Shown here: piece by piece, positions 23,054-33,165 of the stretch
Position numbering within the stretch: the first letter of the stretch is position 1
How the letters are laid out: every line of letters begins with the position of its first letter
Assembly (NCBI GenBank): GCA_020184695.1
Contig: JAANOX010000014.1
Coordinates: 124,001-188,000 of the forward strand
Length of the DNA stretch: 64,000 nt
Direction: 5' to 3'
DNA from: Histomonas meleagridis 2922-C6/04-290x
Lineage: Eukaryota; Protista; Parabasalia
Position numbers and translations under genes: made by a program
The notes under the pieces: generated by a model
The model's database searches: none
Told to the model about the DNA's origin: nothing
What the model saw: the letters and a program-made list of their open reading frames with translations, nothing else

Positions 23054-23353
23054 TTATTTGAAGTCTTTAAGTTGTCCAATGATTAAATTCATTTCGTTTT
23101 CAAGTGATGAAAAGTTTTGATATAAGGCATTAAGAGTTTCACATTGTTGACTTAGTTGCTCATCATATTCTATGAGTTCTTTCTCTAATTTATTTACTTC
23201 AAATATAAAATTTTCATATGAACCATCTTCATACATAAATTGATTTTCATTTTGCTCAATTTTTTGTGCTGTATTTAATGGATTAAGGATACAATTCTTT
23301 AGCGGAAGCGTAAGAGGTCCTTTCATTGGAGAAACAAAGTCGAAGAAGTTCAT
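23054..23353 (-). CDS. Small coiled-coil hypothetical protein
   Basis: 99-aa ATG-initiated ORF with a heptad-like C-terminal half. Confidence 0.5.
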   Translation of the reverse strand: MNFFDFVSPMKGPLTLPLKNCILNPLNTAQKIEQNENQFMYEDGSYENFIFEVNKLEKELIEYDEQLSQQCETLNALYQNFSSLENEMNLIIGQLKDFK

Positions 23354-23766
23354 TTAATGATAAAATTTAATTAACGCATCAAAGCACATCAAATAAAACC
23401 GCTAACAAAAAAAAATTAAATTTTAAGAATATCGAAGCTGCATTAAAAAGTCATTAACATGCCAATAAGATTACAATTAAATTTTAATTAGAAATTCTAA
23501 AAAAAAATTAAATCTACAAATTAATCAATTAAATTTTATTCAGAAAATAATTCTATAAAAATATATCCATATATTTTGAAAAAATAAAATATTTATAATA
23601 TCATTTTGTATTGTAAAATTACGTAAGTAGAATGTCGGATTGGAAAAGAGCAACAAAAAGTATTTTTAATACGTTATTTATATTTAGGGGCGGTTTCTAT
23701 CAATTTTGAATCCTTTTACTTGTCAAAACCCAAAAAGATATTCAAAAACTGTATTCCAGCCAAAAA

Positions 23767-26631
23767 ATGAGCGATGAGAAGCAAACCCTTGAAGAACAAT
23801 TAGCCCCCATCAGTAATTTCAAGGTGTCTTACTCAGATTTTGAAAAAGAAAAGCAAATCGGAAAAGGTGCTTATTCAGAAGTATATTTAGCTATACATAC
23901 ACCAACTCAAATTAGAACAGCTCTTAAAGTTCTTACCGCAAAAGAATTACAAGGAACTCAAAGAACTTACTTTGTTCGTGAAGTATTCATTTTAGCTACA
24001 ATTCAAAACCCATTCTTAGTTCAATTTCTTGGATATACAGATACTTATCCATATTGCATTGTTACTCAATTTGTTGAATGCGGTTCATTATATGATGCAC
24101 TTAACCATAGTCCTTCATCACCAACTCTTAGTAATACAGATAAAACAAATATTGCAATGTGTATTGCTTATGGAATGAATTCACTCCACAAATGTCAAAT
24201 AATTCATAGAGATCTTAAATCCCTTAATATTTTACTTGATTCAAATTCACTTCCCAAAATCATTGATTTTGGCATATCACGATTTCATACAAGTAAGAGC
24301 GAACTTAACACCACCACCATTGGCACGCCACATTGGATGGCACCAGAAATGTTTAATTCATCGAATTATGACGAAAAAGTTGATGTTTATTCATATGGAG
24401 TTTTATTATGGGAAATGTTAACAGGTGGGACTCCATTTGATGGACTAACGCCATTCCAAATAATGACTGCAGTTTGTCAAAATGCTCAGCGACCACAAAT
24501 TCCAGAAGATTCACCAGAAGGGCTTACGAATCTCATCAATGCTTGTTGGGCGCAAGATCCGACTGATCGCCCATCATTTGAAGAAGTATTCCAACAATTT
24601 GTTTCACATGAAGTCTATTTTGAAGACACGAATCACGAAGTTGTGCAGTCGCTCATTGAATTCATCGGTCAATATGAACAACAAGTACAACCGTCGCAAA
24701 TTGAGATACCCCCTGAACCGCAACCGGAACCGCCGCAGCCGTTAGCGCAACCTCCCAAACCGCCGAGTACCCCAGATGCGGCAACACGAACAAGGATCGT
24801 TTCTCCGGCAGTAATAGCTCGTTCTATGCCACGTAAGCATTCGTTTTCAAAGCATAAATCAATCCAGCCGCCATTACCTTCAAGGAAAATTAGAGATGAC
24901 AAATCAAACGCTTCTGAATGGACAGCACCAGACCATCATCACCATAGATCGAAGAGACATACAGTTAGTAAAGGTAGTAGCCTCTCATCTATGGTAGATG
25001 TTTCAAGATCTATTGGATCTTTCGAATTAAACGAAGAGCCTGGGCATAAACGTAAGCGCCAAAGCTTCTCACAAGGATTAAGTTCGATACTTAACAAAGA
25101 TGCAGTCCAATCTCATGATAGTATGAGACCACGGTCAATCTCTTCTAATCCATTTCGCCCATACACTAACTACGAAACAACAAGCACATGTGGTACTGAC
25201 GATTCTTCCGCCTCAGGATTTGACAAGCTTGAGAATCCGAAAGCGCATGGATATAAGCATCATCTCAAATCAATTGCGTCCAAACTGACGCCCGATTCCT
25301 CTCTTAGCTTCTTCCGCTGCGTCGCCAACAATTTGACTGTTCCAGACATATCTGACCGAACGTTATATATTATTGTCCGCCAACTTAGTAAGCTGTGCAA
25401 ACGAGATCCGCGTTATGTGGTTAACATTGTTGAAAGTAACTGCGTCACTTTATTACCTTTTAATAAGCCATTATTGACTGATTTAATTTTGACCATTGTT
25501 CTTAGTGTTGCCAAGGAATGTCCCGGATATGTCCCAATCAGTGGCTTACAAACACTTTTAGAGTACATCAAAGGTCGTGAGCATAAGTTTGTCATGTTAT
25601 TGATAATCTTCCATCGCACGATTAATAATCATCCTACGTTTGAACCCATCATACATTTATACCTAAGCAAATCGCTTAACTTTTTAGAGTCATATGAATG
25701 TTATAACTATTTGAACATTTTGTATTCGATTTATCTTACAAATCCACATTTTGTCTTCATATCTAAGATCTTCATCTTAGCGCTTGAAACTTCGACTAAT
25801 CCGAAGTTAATACAATTATCATATAATGCCTTATGTAGCATTAAATTTAACATCAAAGATTTACCTATTGAAACAGTTTTGTTACATTTTAATGAATTTC
25901 CATATGAAGTCACATCGTTATTATCACGAATATCTATTTCATATATACCCACTAATAATGAATTTGTTGTATTGGGACTCATCAAATCAATACAATACAC
26001 GAAGATTGCGGTGTTTTTGTTATGTAAAATCATAATGAACGATTCGAAGAATGCGAAGATATTAATCAAGAACAATAACAAATGGATTAACAACCAAACG
26101 ATAGCGATCAATTATCAATTTAAATTGTTTTTATCGATTTTTATACATAAGAAATTACGGAAATTATTGATACAAATTCCAAACTTAATCGATATGTTCA
26201 TTGGCATCTTAGAGTATTGTTCATTAGATGCATTACATGCACTTGTTACAATACTTCGGATGATAAATAATGAGTTTCCTGATTTTTTAGGATATTTAAG
26301 TGAAAGTGAATTCTTGAAGAAATTTTTTCATGAAACTTTCACACAAAATAATAACGACGTCGTATATAACGGAATTTTGTTACTCGATAACATCTGTAGA
26401 ATAGGTTACGTAAATGATTACGTAGAAATAATTAAGTACTTCCCAAATATGTTGAAGATGAGCACAAAAATTAAAGACGCAATAATAGGAATAATGATCA
26501 TACTATGCCACTACCAACAAACTTTGGAATACTTCAGGCAATACAACTTGCCACAAATAGTAAAGAAGTGTCAGCTGTCGGAAAAGGGAAACATGTACAG
26601 AAGCGAGTTCTTGAAGTTCTTCGAGAAGTAA
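23767..26631 (+). CDS. TKL-family protein kinase with Pro/Ser-rich linker and helical C-terminal region
   Basis: IGKGAYSEV, TALK, HRDLKSLN, DFG, GTPHWMAPE and DVYSYGVLLWE motifs. Confidence 0.93.
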   Translation: MSDEKQTLEEQLAPISNFKVSYSDFEKEKQIGKGAYSEVYLAIHTPTQIRTALKVLTAKELQGTQRTYFVREVFILATIQNPFLVQFLGYTDTYPYCIVTQFVECGSLYDALNHSPSSPTLSNTDKTNIAMCIAYGMNSLHKCQIIHRDLKSLNILLDSNSLPKIIDFGISRFHTSKSELNTTTIGTPHWMAPEMFNSSNYDEKVDVYSYGVLLWEMLTGGTPFDGLTPFQIMTAVCQNAQRPQIPEDSPEGLTNLINACWAQDPTDRPSFEEVFQQFVSHEVYFEDTNHEVVQSLIEFIGQYEQQVQPSQIEIPPEPQPEPPQPLAQPPKPPSTPDAATRTRIVSPAVIARSMPRKHSFSKHKSIQPPLPSRKIRDDKSNASEWTAPDHHHHRSKRHTVSKGSSLSSMVDVSRSIGSFELNEEPGHKRKRQSFSQGLSSILNKDAVQSHDSMRPRSISSNPFRPYTNYETTSTCGTDDSSASGFDKLENPKAHGYKHHLKSIASKLTPDSSLSFFRCVANNLTVPDISDRTLYIIVRQLSKLCKRDPRYVVNIVESNCVTLLPFNKPLLTDLILTIVLSVAKECPGYVPISGLQTLLEYIKGREHKFVMLLIIFHRTINNHPTFEPIIHLYLSKSLNFLESYECYNYLNILYSIYLTNPHFVFISKIFILALETSTNPKLIQLSYNALCSIKFNIKDLPIETVLLHFNEFPYEVTSLLSRISISYIPTNNEFVVLGLIKSIQYTKIAVFLLCKIIMNDSKNAKILIKNNNKWINNQTIAINYQFKLFLSIFIHKKLRKLLIQIPNLIDMFIGILEYCSLDALHALVTILRMINNEFPDFLGYLSESEFLKKFFHETFTQNNNDVVYNGILLLDNICRIGYVNDYVEIIKYFPNMLKMSTKIKDAIIGIMIILCHYQQTLEYFRQYNLPQIVKKCQLSEKGNMYRSEFLKFFEK

Positions 26632-26689
26632 CAAAATGTATGTCGAGAATTGTTAATTAATGAGTAAATAATTAAATAAATTAAATGTG

Positions 26690-27001
26690 AAACAATTGTT
26701 CAGTTTGAAATTAAAAATAAAAATGTGAAACAATTGTTCAGTTTGAAATTAAATGTTTTAGTGATAATGAAACAATTGTTCAAAGTGAAATTAAATGTTT
26801 TAGTGATAATGAAACAATTGTTCAAAGCGAAATTAAATGTTTTAGTGATAATGAAACAATTGTTCAAAGTGAAATTAAATGTTTTAGTGATAATGAAACA
26901 ATTGTTCAAAGCGAAATTAAATGTTTTAGTGATAATGAAACAATTGTTCAAAGTGAAATTATATGTTTTAGTGATAATGAAACAATTGTTCAAAGTGAAA
27001 T
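26690..27001. repeat. 42-bp minisatellite, about 7 copies, with an internal palindrome AACAATTGTT
   Basis: Unit AAATTAAATGTTTTAGTGATAATGAAACAATTGTTCAAAG(T/C)G repeated head-to-tail between two convergent 3' ends. Confidence 0.95.
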
Positions 27002-27103
27002 TCATTGAATAAACTATAATTTATATTATAATTAAATTATAATAAATGGCTTTAAATTCGAAATTCTCTCATTACAAAACAATATAACAATAACAAAAGA
27101 TTT

Positions 27104-27794
27104 TTATTTTCCTAAATGTTTCATTATTTCATTAAATTCAGATTCAGAATCCAATGCACCATTTTGAATCAAGAACTTCTCAATTTCACGATGACTATTA
27201 ATTGATGCCCAATACCTTGCAGTTGTAAATAAGAAAAGTAAACGTTTTGGAGTATAAACAAATTGATTTTGTGAAAACAAAAAAGAAACTAATGAATTGA
27301 GATTAACCTTTAAACCACATAAAACTTTCACAACCTCAAAATTACCAGATTCGGATGCATAGTGTATTGGCCTCCAATAAAGAGAATATAAATTCCTGCA
27401 TGAAGAGTCGAAAATAGACATCTTCTATTTCAATATATTTTCTATTTTCACAAAATGTTAGAAAAATAATTACGTTGGAATGCATAGCAGCAAAATGAAC
27501 AGGGTATCGAATTATAAAAATGAAATACCATTTTTATCAGGAACATCAATTTTTGAACCCATTGCTTTTAAAAGAGTAAAACATTTTGTTGAATTATAAA
27601 ATGCAGCAATACTTATTAGGGGTGGATCAGATTGTAATTCCCATTCAAGATTTTGGAATAATTCTGGTGATATTTGTGCTGTCACTGCCATTAAAAGTAA
27701 AAAATACAATTGAATTTGGTGTAAATGGGAAGCAAATAAATTTACTTAAGGTTGATGAATCATCTCTTTTTATTGATTTGATGATTTCATCCAT
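27104..27794 (-). CDS. Short ankyrin-repeat protein (different family) interrupted by six 17-nt inserts and one 16-nt insert
   Basis: Removing 27692-27707, 27510-27526, 27403-27419, 27377-27393, 27273-27289, 27247-27263 and 27227-27243 gives one ORF: MDEIIKS...PDKNG|RYPVHFAA...IED|HAG|WRPIHYAS...NLNSL|TKS|N|TTARYWAS...HLGK*. Confidence 0.8.
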
Positions 27795-28165
27795 TTTAAA
27801 AAAAAATTCAAATATTTACACGATCGTTATCGTATTATATAACGGTCTATACAATGGGGTTTGAAAAATTCTTCAAATATGATTTTCTTCCAAATTTACA
27901 TTTATTTTTACAGCATATATTCTATCTTATATTGAGTGTAATTTTTATGGATAAAAAACGAAAATATGAAGATCAACTAAATTATGAAAATTGAATTCAT
28001 GATAATTGGTGAGAGGGATTTTGACCAAAAATCAAAATGATATTCATATGTTAATACTTATAAGTTTTATAACTTTAAGGTCATATAAGTATGTGGTTTC
28101 AGAAAGGTTTTTGTTTTGACACTTTTATTTTTGAAAATTTTCAACTGAAAACTGCCATAAAGTTA

Positions 28166-31100
28166 ATGTCTAATATCAATGATATTATTCCACTTAATAA
28201 TATAAAAAGAGAAAACATTGATTTTAAAAATCAAACTATTGATTTGGAGATGCTTATATCTCTCAAGCAAATAATATTTAATTTAAGAGAAGAAAATCTT
28301 GTTTTTTCTACTCAGCGGACAATGAAATTATTTGATTTAAATTATCCATATTCATTTAATTATGTTTTAAGTAATTTAATTTACTTTGCATTTTTTTCAC
28401 AAAAGAATGAAGAAAGTAATATTTATATAAATTATTTACAATTAATTCAAGAAGAAGAAAAAAAATATAAAAATATCCCAAACATCATCGAATTTTTTGG
28501 TAAATATATTTCTGGAATCAAATCGCAAGAAGCTTATTATCTTATTGAAAAAATGACTGAAAGAAATTTAATAAATAAAAACATTGCTAAAAATATTAAA
28601 TCAGAATATTTTGCACATTACAAAACAAGAAAAGAAAACAAAAAACAAAGAAAATACAATTACCAATTTTACCAAACTTTTTTTGCAAATTACAAAAAAC
28701 TTTCAAAGAATGATTGGGAACTTCATAAAAGATTAATTGAAGAAGGAGTAAATCCAAATGAACTCGCGAAAATAATTCGAAATGATGAAGTCGAAAAACT
28801 TCAAGAAATATCATCACAAAATGGTTTTAATTTTAATCAAACAATTAAACCATCACTTTATGAAAGATGTTCATTTATTAATCAAGAAAATGTTACATTA
28901 ATTGATTATGCAGCATTTTTTTCTTCAGTAAAATGTTTTAAATATTTACTTATGAATGAAGCAAATGTAAAAAATACAGGTAAATATGCAGTTGCAGGTG
29001 GAAATGAAGAAATCATTCATTTATGTGAGCAAAATCATTCGTCATTTACAGGTGCATATAAAACAGCTATTAAATTTCATCAAAATGATATCTTTAAATA
29101 TATATACGAAAAGAAATTAGAAGTATTTCCAAATTTTATAGAAATTTTAAGGATTAAATGTATTTTATATCATAACTATGAAATTTTATCATTTTTACAA
29201 GATGAAGGATCAAGAAGTAATGGTCACATTATTAATGAAGCAGCAAGAATTGGAAATTTATTACTGGTTAAATGTTTTCAAAAATTTAATCAACTCCCAA
29301 AAGACATTTTAGTTTTTTCGATAGAATCGGGAAATATTGAACTTGTTCAATATATTCTCCAACAAAAAGAAATTGATGTTAATGCTCAAAATATATATTT
29401 ATTTTTTAAGAAATTTGTAAAATTGATTTCGTATTTTAAAATAACATTTGGAAATCGTTTAAATTATTTAATACGGCATTATTGATTGCTTCATTTAATA
29501 CTAATATAGAAGTATTTAAAGTACTTCTTAAACAAAAAGGAATTGATATTAATGCTAAAAATATTTACACATTTTTCAAAATATTTATATTAAAGATTTA
29601 ATTTTCCAAAATCATATTTGAAAATCATTTAAAATCAATAAAACAGCACTTATGTATGCATCTATAAATGGGTGTATAGAAATGGTTAAACTACTTCTTA
29701 AACAAGAAGGAATTGATATTAATGCAAGAGATATTTATTTGTTTTATTTATTATTTCTTTTAATAATTTAATATTTCAAAATAATATTTGGAAATTGTTT
29801 AAATTATATAATACAGCACTTATCATTGCATCTGAAAATGATCGTATAGAAATAGTTAAATTACTTCTTGAACAAGAAGGATTTGATATTAATGCAAGAG
29901 ATATTTGTTTGTTTTATTTAATATTTATTTAGAAAATTTTGGATTTCAAAATAATATTTGGAAATTATTCGAATTTATTGATACAGCACTTATGAGGGCA
30001 TCTGTAAGAGGTCATAAAGAAATCGTTAAATTACTTCTTGAACAAGAAGGAATTGATATTAATGCTATAGATATTTATTTATTTTATTTAATATTTATTT
30101 TAATAATTTAATATTTCAAAATAATATTTGGAAATTATTTAAATAATTTAAAACTGAAATTATATTGGCAATTGAAAATGGTAGAACAGAAATCGTTCAA
30201 TTACTTCTTGAACAAGGAGAAATTGATATTAATGCTATAGATATTTATTTGTTTTAATTGATATTTATTTTAATAATTTGATATTTCAAAATAATAATTG
30301 GAAATTATTTAAAATATTTGAAATATTACTCATTTGGGCATTCAGAAGAGGTAATATAGAAATAGTCAAATTACTTCTTGAACAAGAAGGATTTGATATT
30401 AATGCTAAAGATATTTATTTGTTTTATTTAATATTTATTTTAATAATTTGATATTTCAAAATAATATTTGGAAATTATTTAAATTATTTAATACAGCACT
30501 TATCATTTCATCTTCAAAAGGTTATGCGGAAATGGTTAAATTACTTCTTGAACAAGAAGGAATTGATATTAATGCTAAAAGTATTTATTTGTTTTATTTA
30601 ATATTTATTTTAATAATTTTGGATTTCAAAATAATATTTGGAAATTATTTAAATTTTTTAAAACAGCACTTTTGATAGCATCTGTAGATAATCGTACAGA
30701 AATCGTTAAATTACTTCTTGAAAAAGAAGGAATTGATATTAATGCTAAAGGTGTTTATTTGTTTTATTTAATATTCATTTTATTAATTTTGGATTTCGAA
30801 ATAATATTTGGAAATTATTTATATTATTTGAAACAGCACTTATATTGGCAATTGAAAAAGGTTATATAGAAATAGTTAAATTACTTCTTGAACAAGAAGG
30901 AATTGATATTAATGCTAAAAATATTTATTTGTTTTATTTAATATTTATTTTAATAATTTTGGATTTCAAAATAATATTTGGAAATTATTTAAATTATTTA
31001 ATACAGCACTTATGAGGGCATCTGTAAAAGGTCATATAGAAATCGTTAAATTACTTCTTGAACAAGAAGGAATTGATATTAATGCAAAAAATATTTATTT

Positions 31101-31587
31101 GTTTTATTTAATATTTATTTTAATAATTTGATATTTCAAAATAATATTTGGAAATTACTTAAATTATTTGAAGCAGCACTTATCATTGCATTTTTTGGTG
31201 GTTATACAGAAATCTTTAAATTACTTCTTGAACAAGAAGAAATTGATATTAATGCTAAAAATATTTATTTGTTTTGTTTAAAATTTGTTTTAATAATTTG
31301 ATATTTCAAAATAATATTTGGAAATTACTTAAAATATTTGAAACCCTTCTCATTTGGGCATCCAGAAGAGGTAATATAGAAATGGTTAAATCACTTCTTA
31401 AACGAAAAGGAATTAATATTGATGAAAAAGATATTTGTTTCTCTAATTCAAAATTAATTTTAATAGTACAATATTTCAAAATATTGTTTGGAAATTGTTT
31501 TAATTATTTTTTACAGCACTTATTTATGCTGGAAGTATTAGGAATAAAGAAATAGTTAAATTACTTCTTAATCCCATCTTAATATAG
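28166..31587 (+). CDS. DUF3447-type ankyrin protein, about 845 aa after removal of 52 17-nt inserts (13 hairpins x 4)
   Basis: All 13 junctions were parsed and every insert is exactly 17 nt. All micro-exons are sense codons, and the ORF ends at TAG 31585-31587. An upstream in-frame ATG lies at 28091. Confidence 0.85.
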
Positions 31588-32631
31588 TCATATTTCTAAA
31601 AACAATTGAATTATTTCTTAAAAAGATGCCAATAAAATTTTTAATATCATAAAATTGTTAAATTACATATAATAAAATTTTCCTGGTGATCGACTGAGTA
31701 AAGTTTGATTGCAACTTCTTTTTGCGAACATATGTTGTGCCAATTGATTTACTGAGATGCCTCATTCGATTTTCTTGACTTGATAGTTGTTGATTGTGTT
31801 AAGCATTGAAAAATGACTTTTTCAGAGATATTAGAGAGTAAATGATTTCTCCAGAAAAAATTTATATTTTATTTTCAGTGCCGGCCACAAAAAATTGACC
31901 ATTAGAAGCTAGAAGTTGCCGCTTTTTAACACAAAAATATCTGATCTTTGAGGCATGAAAACTGTCTATCGGACATAAAGAAATTGTCCACTTTTAACCG
32001 TTGGGAAAAATATTAAATGTCATATTAATCCAACAAAAATTAAGTGCAAAAGATTAATGTATTTATTGTTATTGCAAAAATCAATACAGCTGGTTTCCAT
32101 TTATTCGAAAAATAAATCTTTTTGTTTGGAAATTAATTCCAAACGATATAAATACTTAAACGATACTATTTTTCGGAACTATAAAAAAGACTTGGAATAC
32201 AAGAGACTTCGATGTTAATTTATTTTTTTGAAAATAAATCTAAAATAAACATTGCGTTATAAATTCAAAAATTATCCATTTTTATAATCTTAATTAATTT
32301 TGTAAAACTTTCTAAAATCAAAGTTGATCTCATAATAAAATTCATTAATTGCGATTTACATTTGATTTACTAATGGAGCCCCTTCTGTCAGAGCTTTGCA
32401 TGGTTTTTCCATTTTTCTGATGAGATTAAATTCATTTTTTGATGTTTTTTATTTTTAATATTTTATCAAGAAACATATCATCATGACGTTTACTTAACTT
32501 GTGACAAGTTGCAATGTTTTGCATTTGCCTCATGATTTATATCATGATTGTGTTTTATGGTTGATAATCGAAGACTCTGGCCGAGTCAAAAGTCATTTGA
32601 AAACCTCATATATAATTTTACATATAAAATT

Positions 32632-33165
32632 TTATTTTATAATTGCCTTAATGATCAAGAAAAGAGTTCCATACAAGATCAAAAATGGAATCCATATCGA
32701 TAAAAAGTCTTTGACTGTCAGAGATCTACCTTTTAAAATCAGTTCTGAAACCAATTTTTTGTGTGATTTGTCAATCCAATTTTGCTTTGGTTGTTTTCGT
32801 ATAGTATCAACGCGATCCAAAACACTTTCTACAAAGAAGTGGCAATTGGAATTAATGAAGTCGTATCGTTTGGAAGTAAATTCTTGGCTAACTTCTTTGA
32901 TTGCTTCATCAATGATTTTCGGTTCAACCATTACTCGAAATTTTTGTTTAGGCTCTCCGAAAAACATCTTTCCTTTTCTAACGTGGTAGTCACCTTGGAA
33001 ATCATAAACATATCCAGATGAGTCGCAAATGCCAACATGTCCAAAAGCAGGACATACCCATGAAAGAATTGGAATTGACGTCCAGACAACACAACATGAA
33101 AGCTCAGGCCTTGGTTTGCCACATAAAGAATCATCAACTTTGTTTTTGTGTTGATTTTCTTTCAT
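32632..33165 (-). CDS. TMEM222/RTE1-like (DUF778) membrane protein
   Basis: CCVVWTSIPILSWVCPAFGHVGICDSSGYVYDFQG and YDFINSNCHFFV motifs. Confidence 0.85.
   Translation of the reverse strand: MKENQHKNKVDDSLCGKPRPELSCCVVWTSIPILSWVCPAFGHVGICDSSGYVYDFQGDYHVRKGKMFFGEPKQKFRVMVEPKIIDEAIKEVSQEFTSKRYDFINSNCHFFVESVLDRVDTIRKQPKQNWIDKSHKKLVSELILKGRSLTVKDFLSIWIPFLILYGTLFLIIKAIIK

Noticed and set aside
26690-27001. CRISPR array or the 95-101-aa ORFs on both strands
   Set aside because: Units are contiguous with no unique spacers, the context is eukaryotic and there are no cas genes; the ORFs arise from a 42-bp (3n) unit.
29393-31512. A single conventional GT-AG or U12 AT-AC intron per ankyrin hairpin
   Set aside because: No AG acceptor or branch motif is present. 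AT...AC removal breaks frame, and one-piece removal cannot supply the x-x-G residues, which lie inside the block.
29393-31512. Simple -1 frameshift or stop-codon read-through/variant genetic code
   Set aside because: Stops occur in both flanking frames within the same block (e.g. 30073-30149, 7862-7941), block lengths differ mod 3, and housekeeping genes end in normal TAA/TAG.
29393-31512. Ciliate-type IES or gene-60-type matched-codon bypass
   Set aside because: There are no TA boundaries or pointer repeats, and the gene content is parabasalid-like. The codon before each insert does not match the insert's last triplet. Other DNA-level or bypass mechanisms remain open.
31600-32450. Possible coding or transposon relic
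   Set aside because: No sustained reading frame or terminal repeats recognised.
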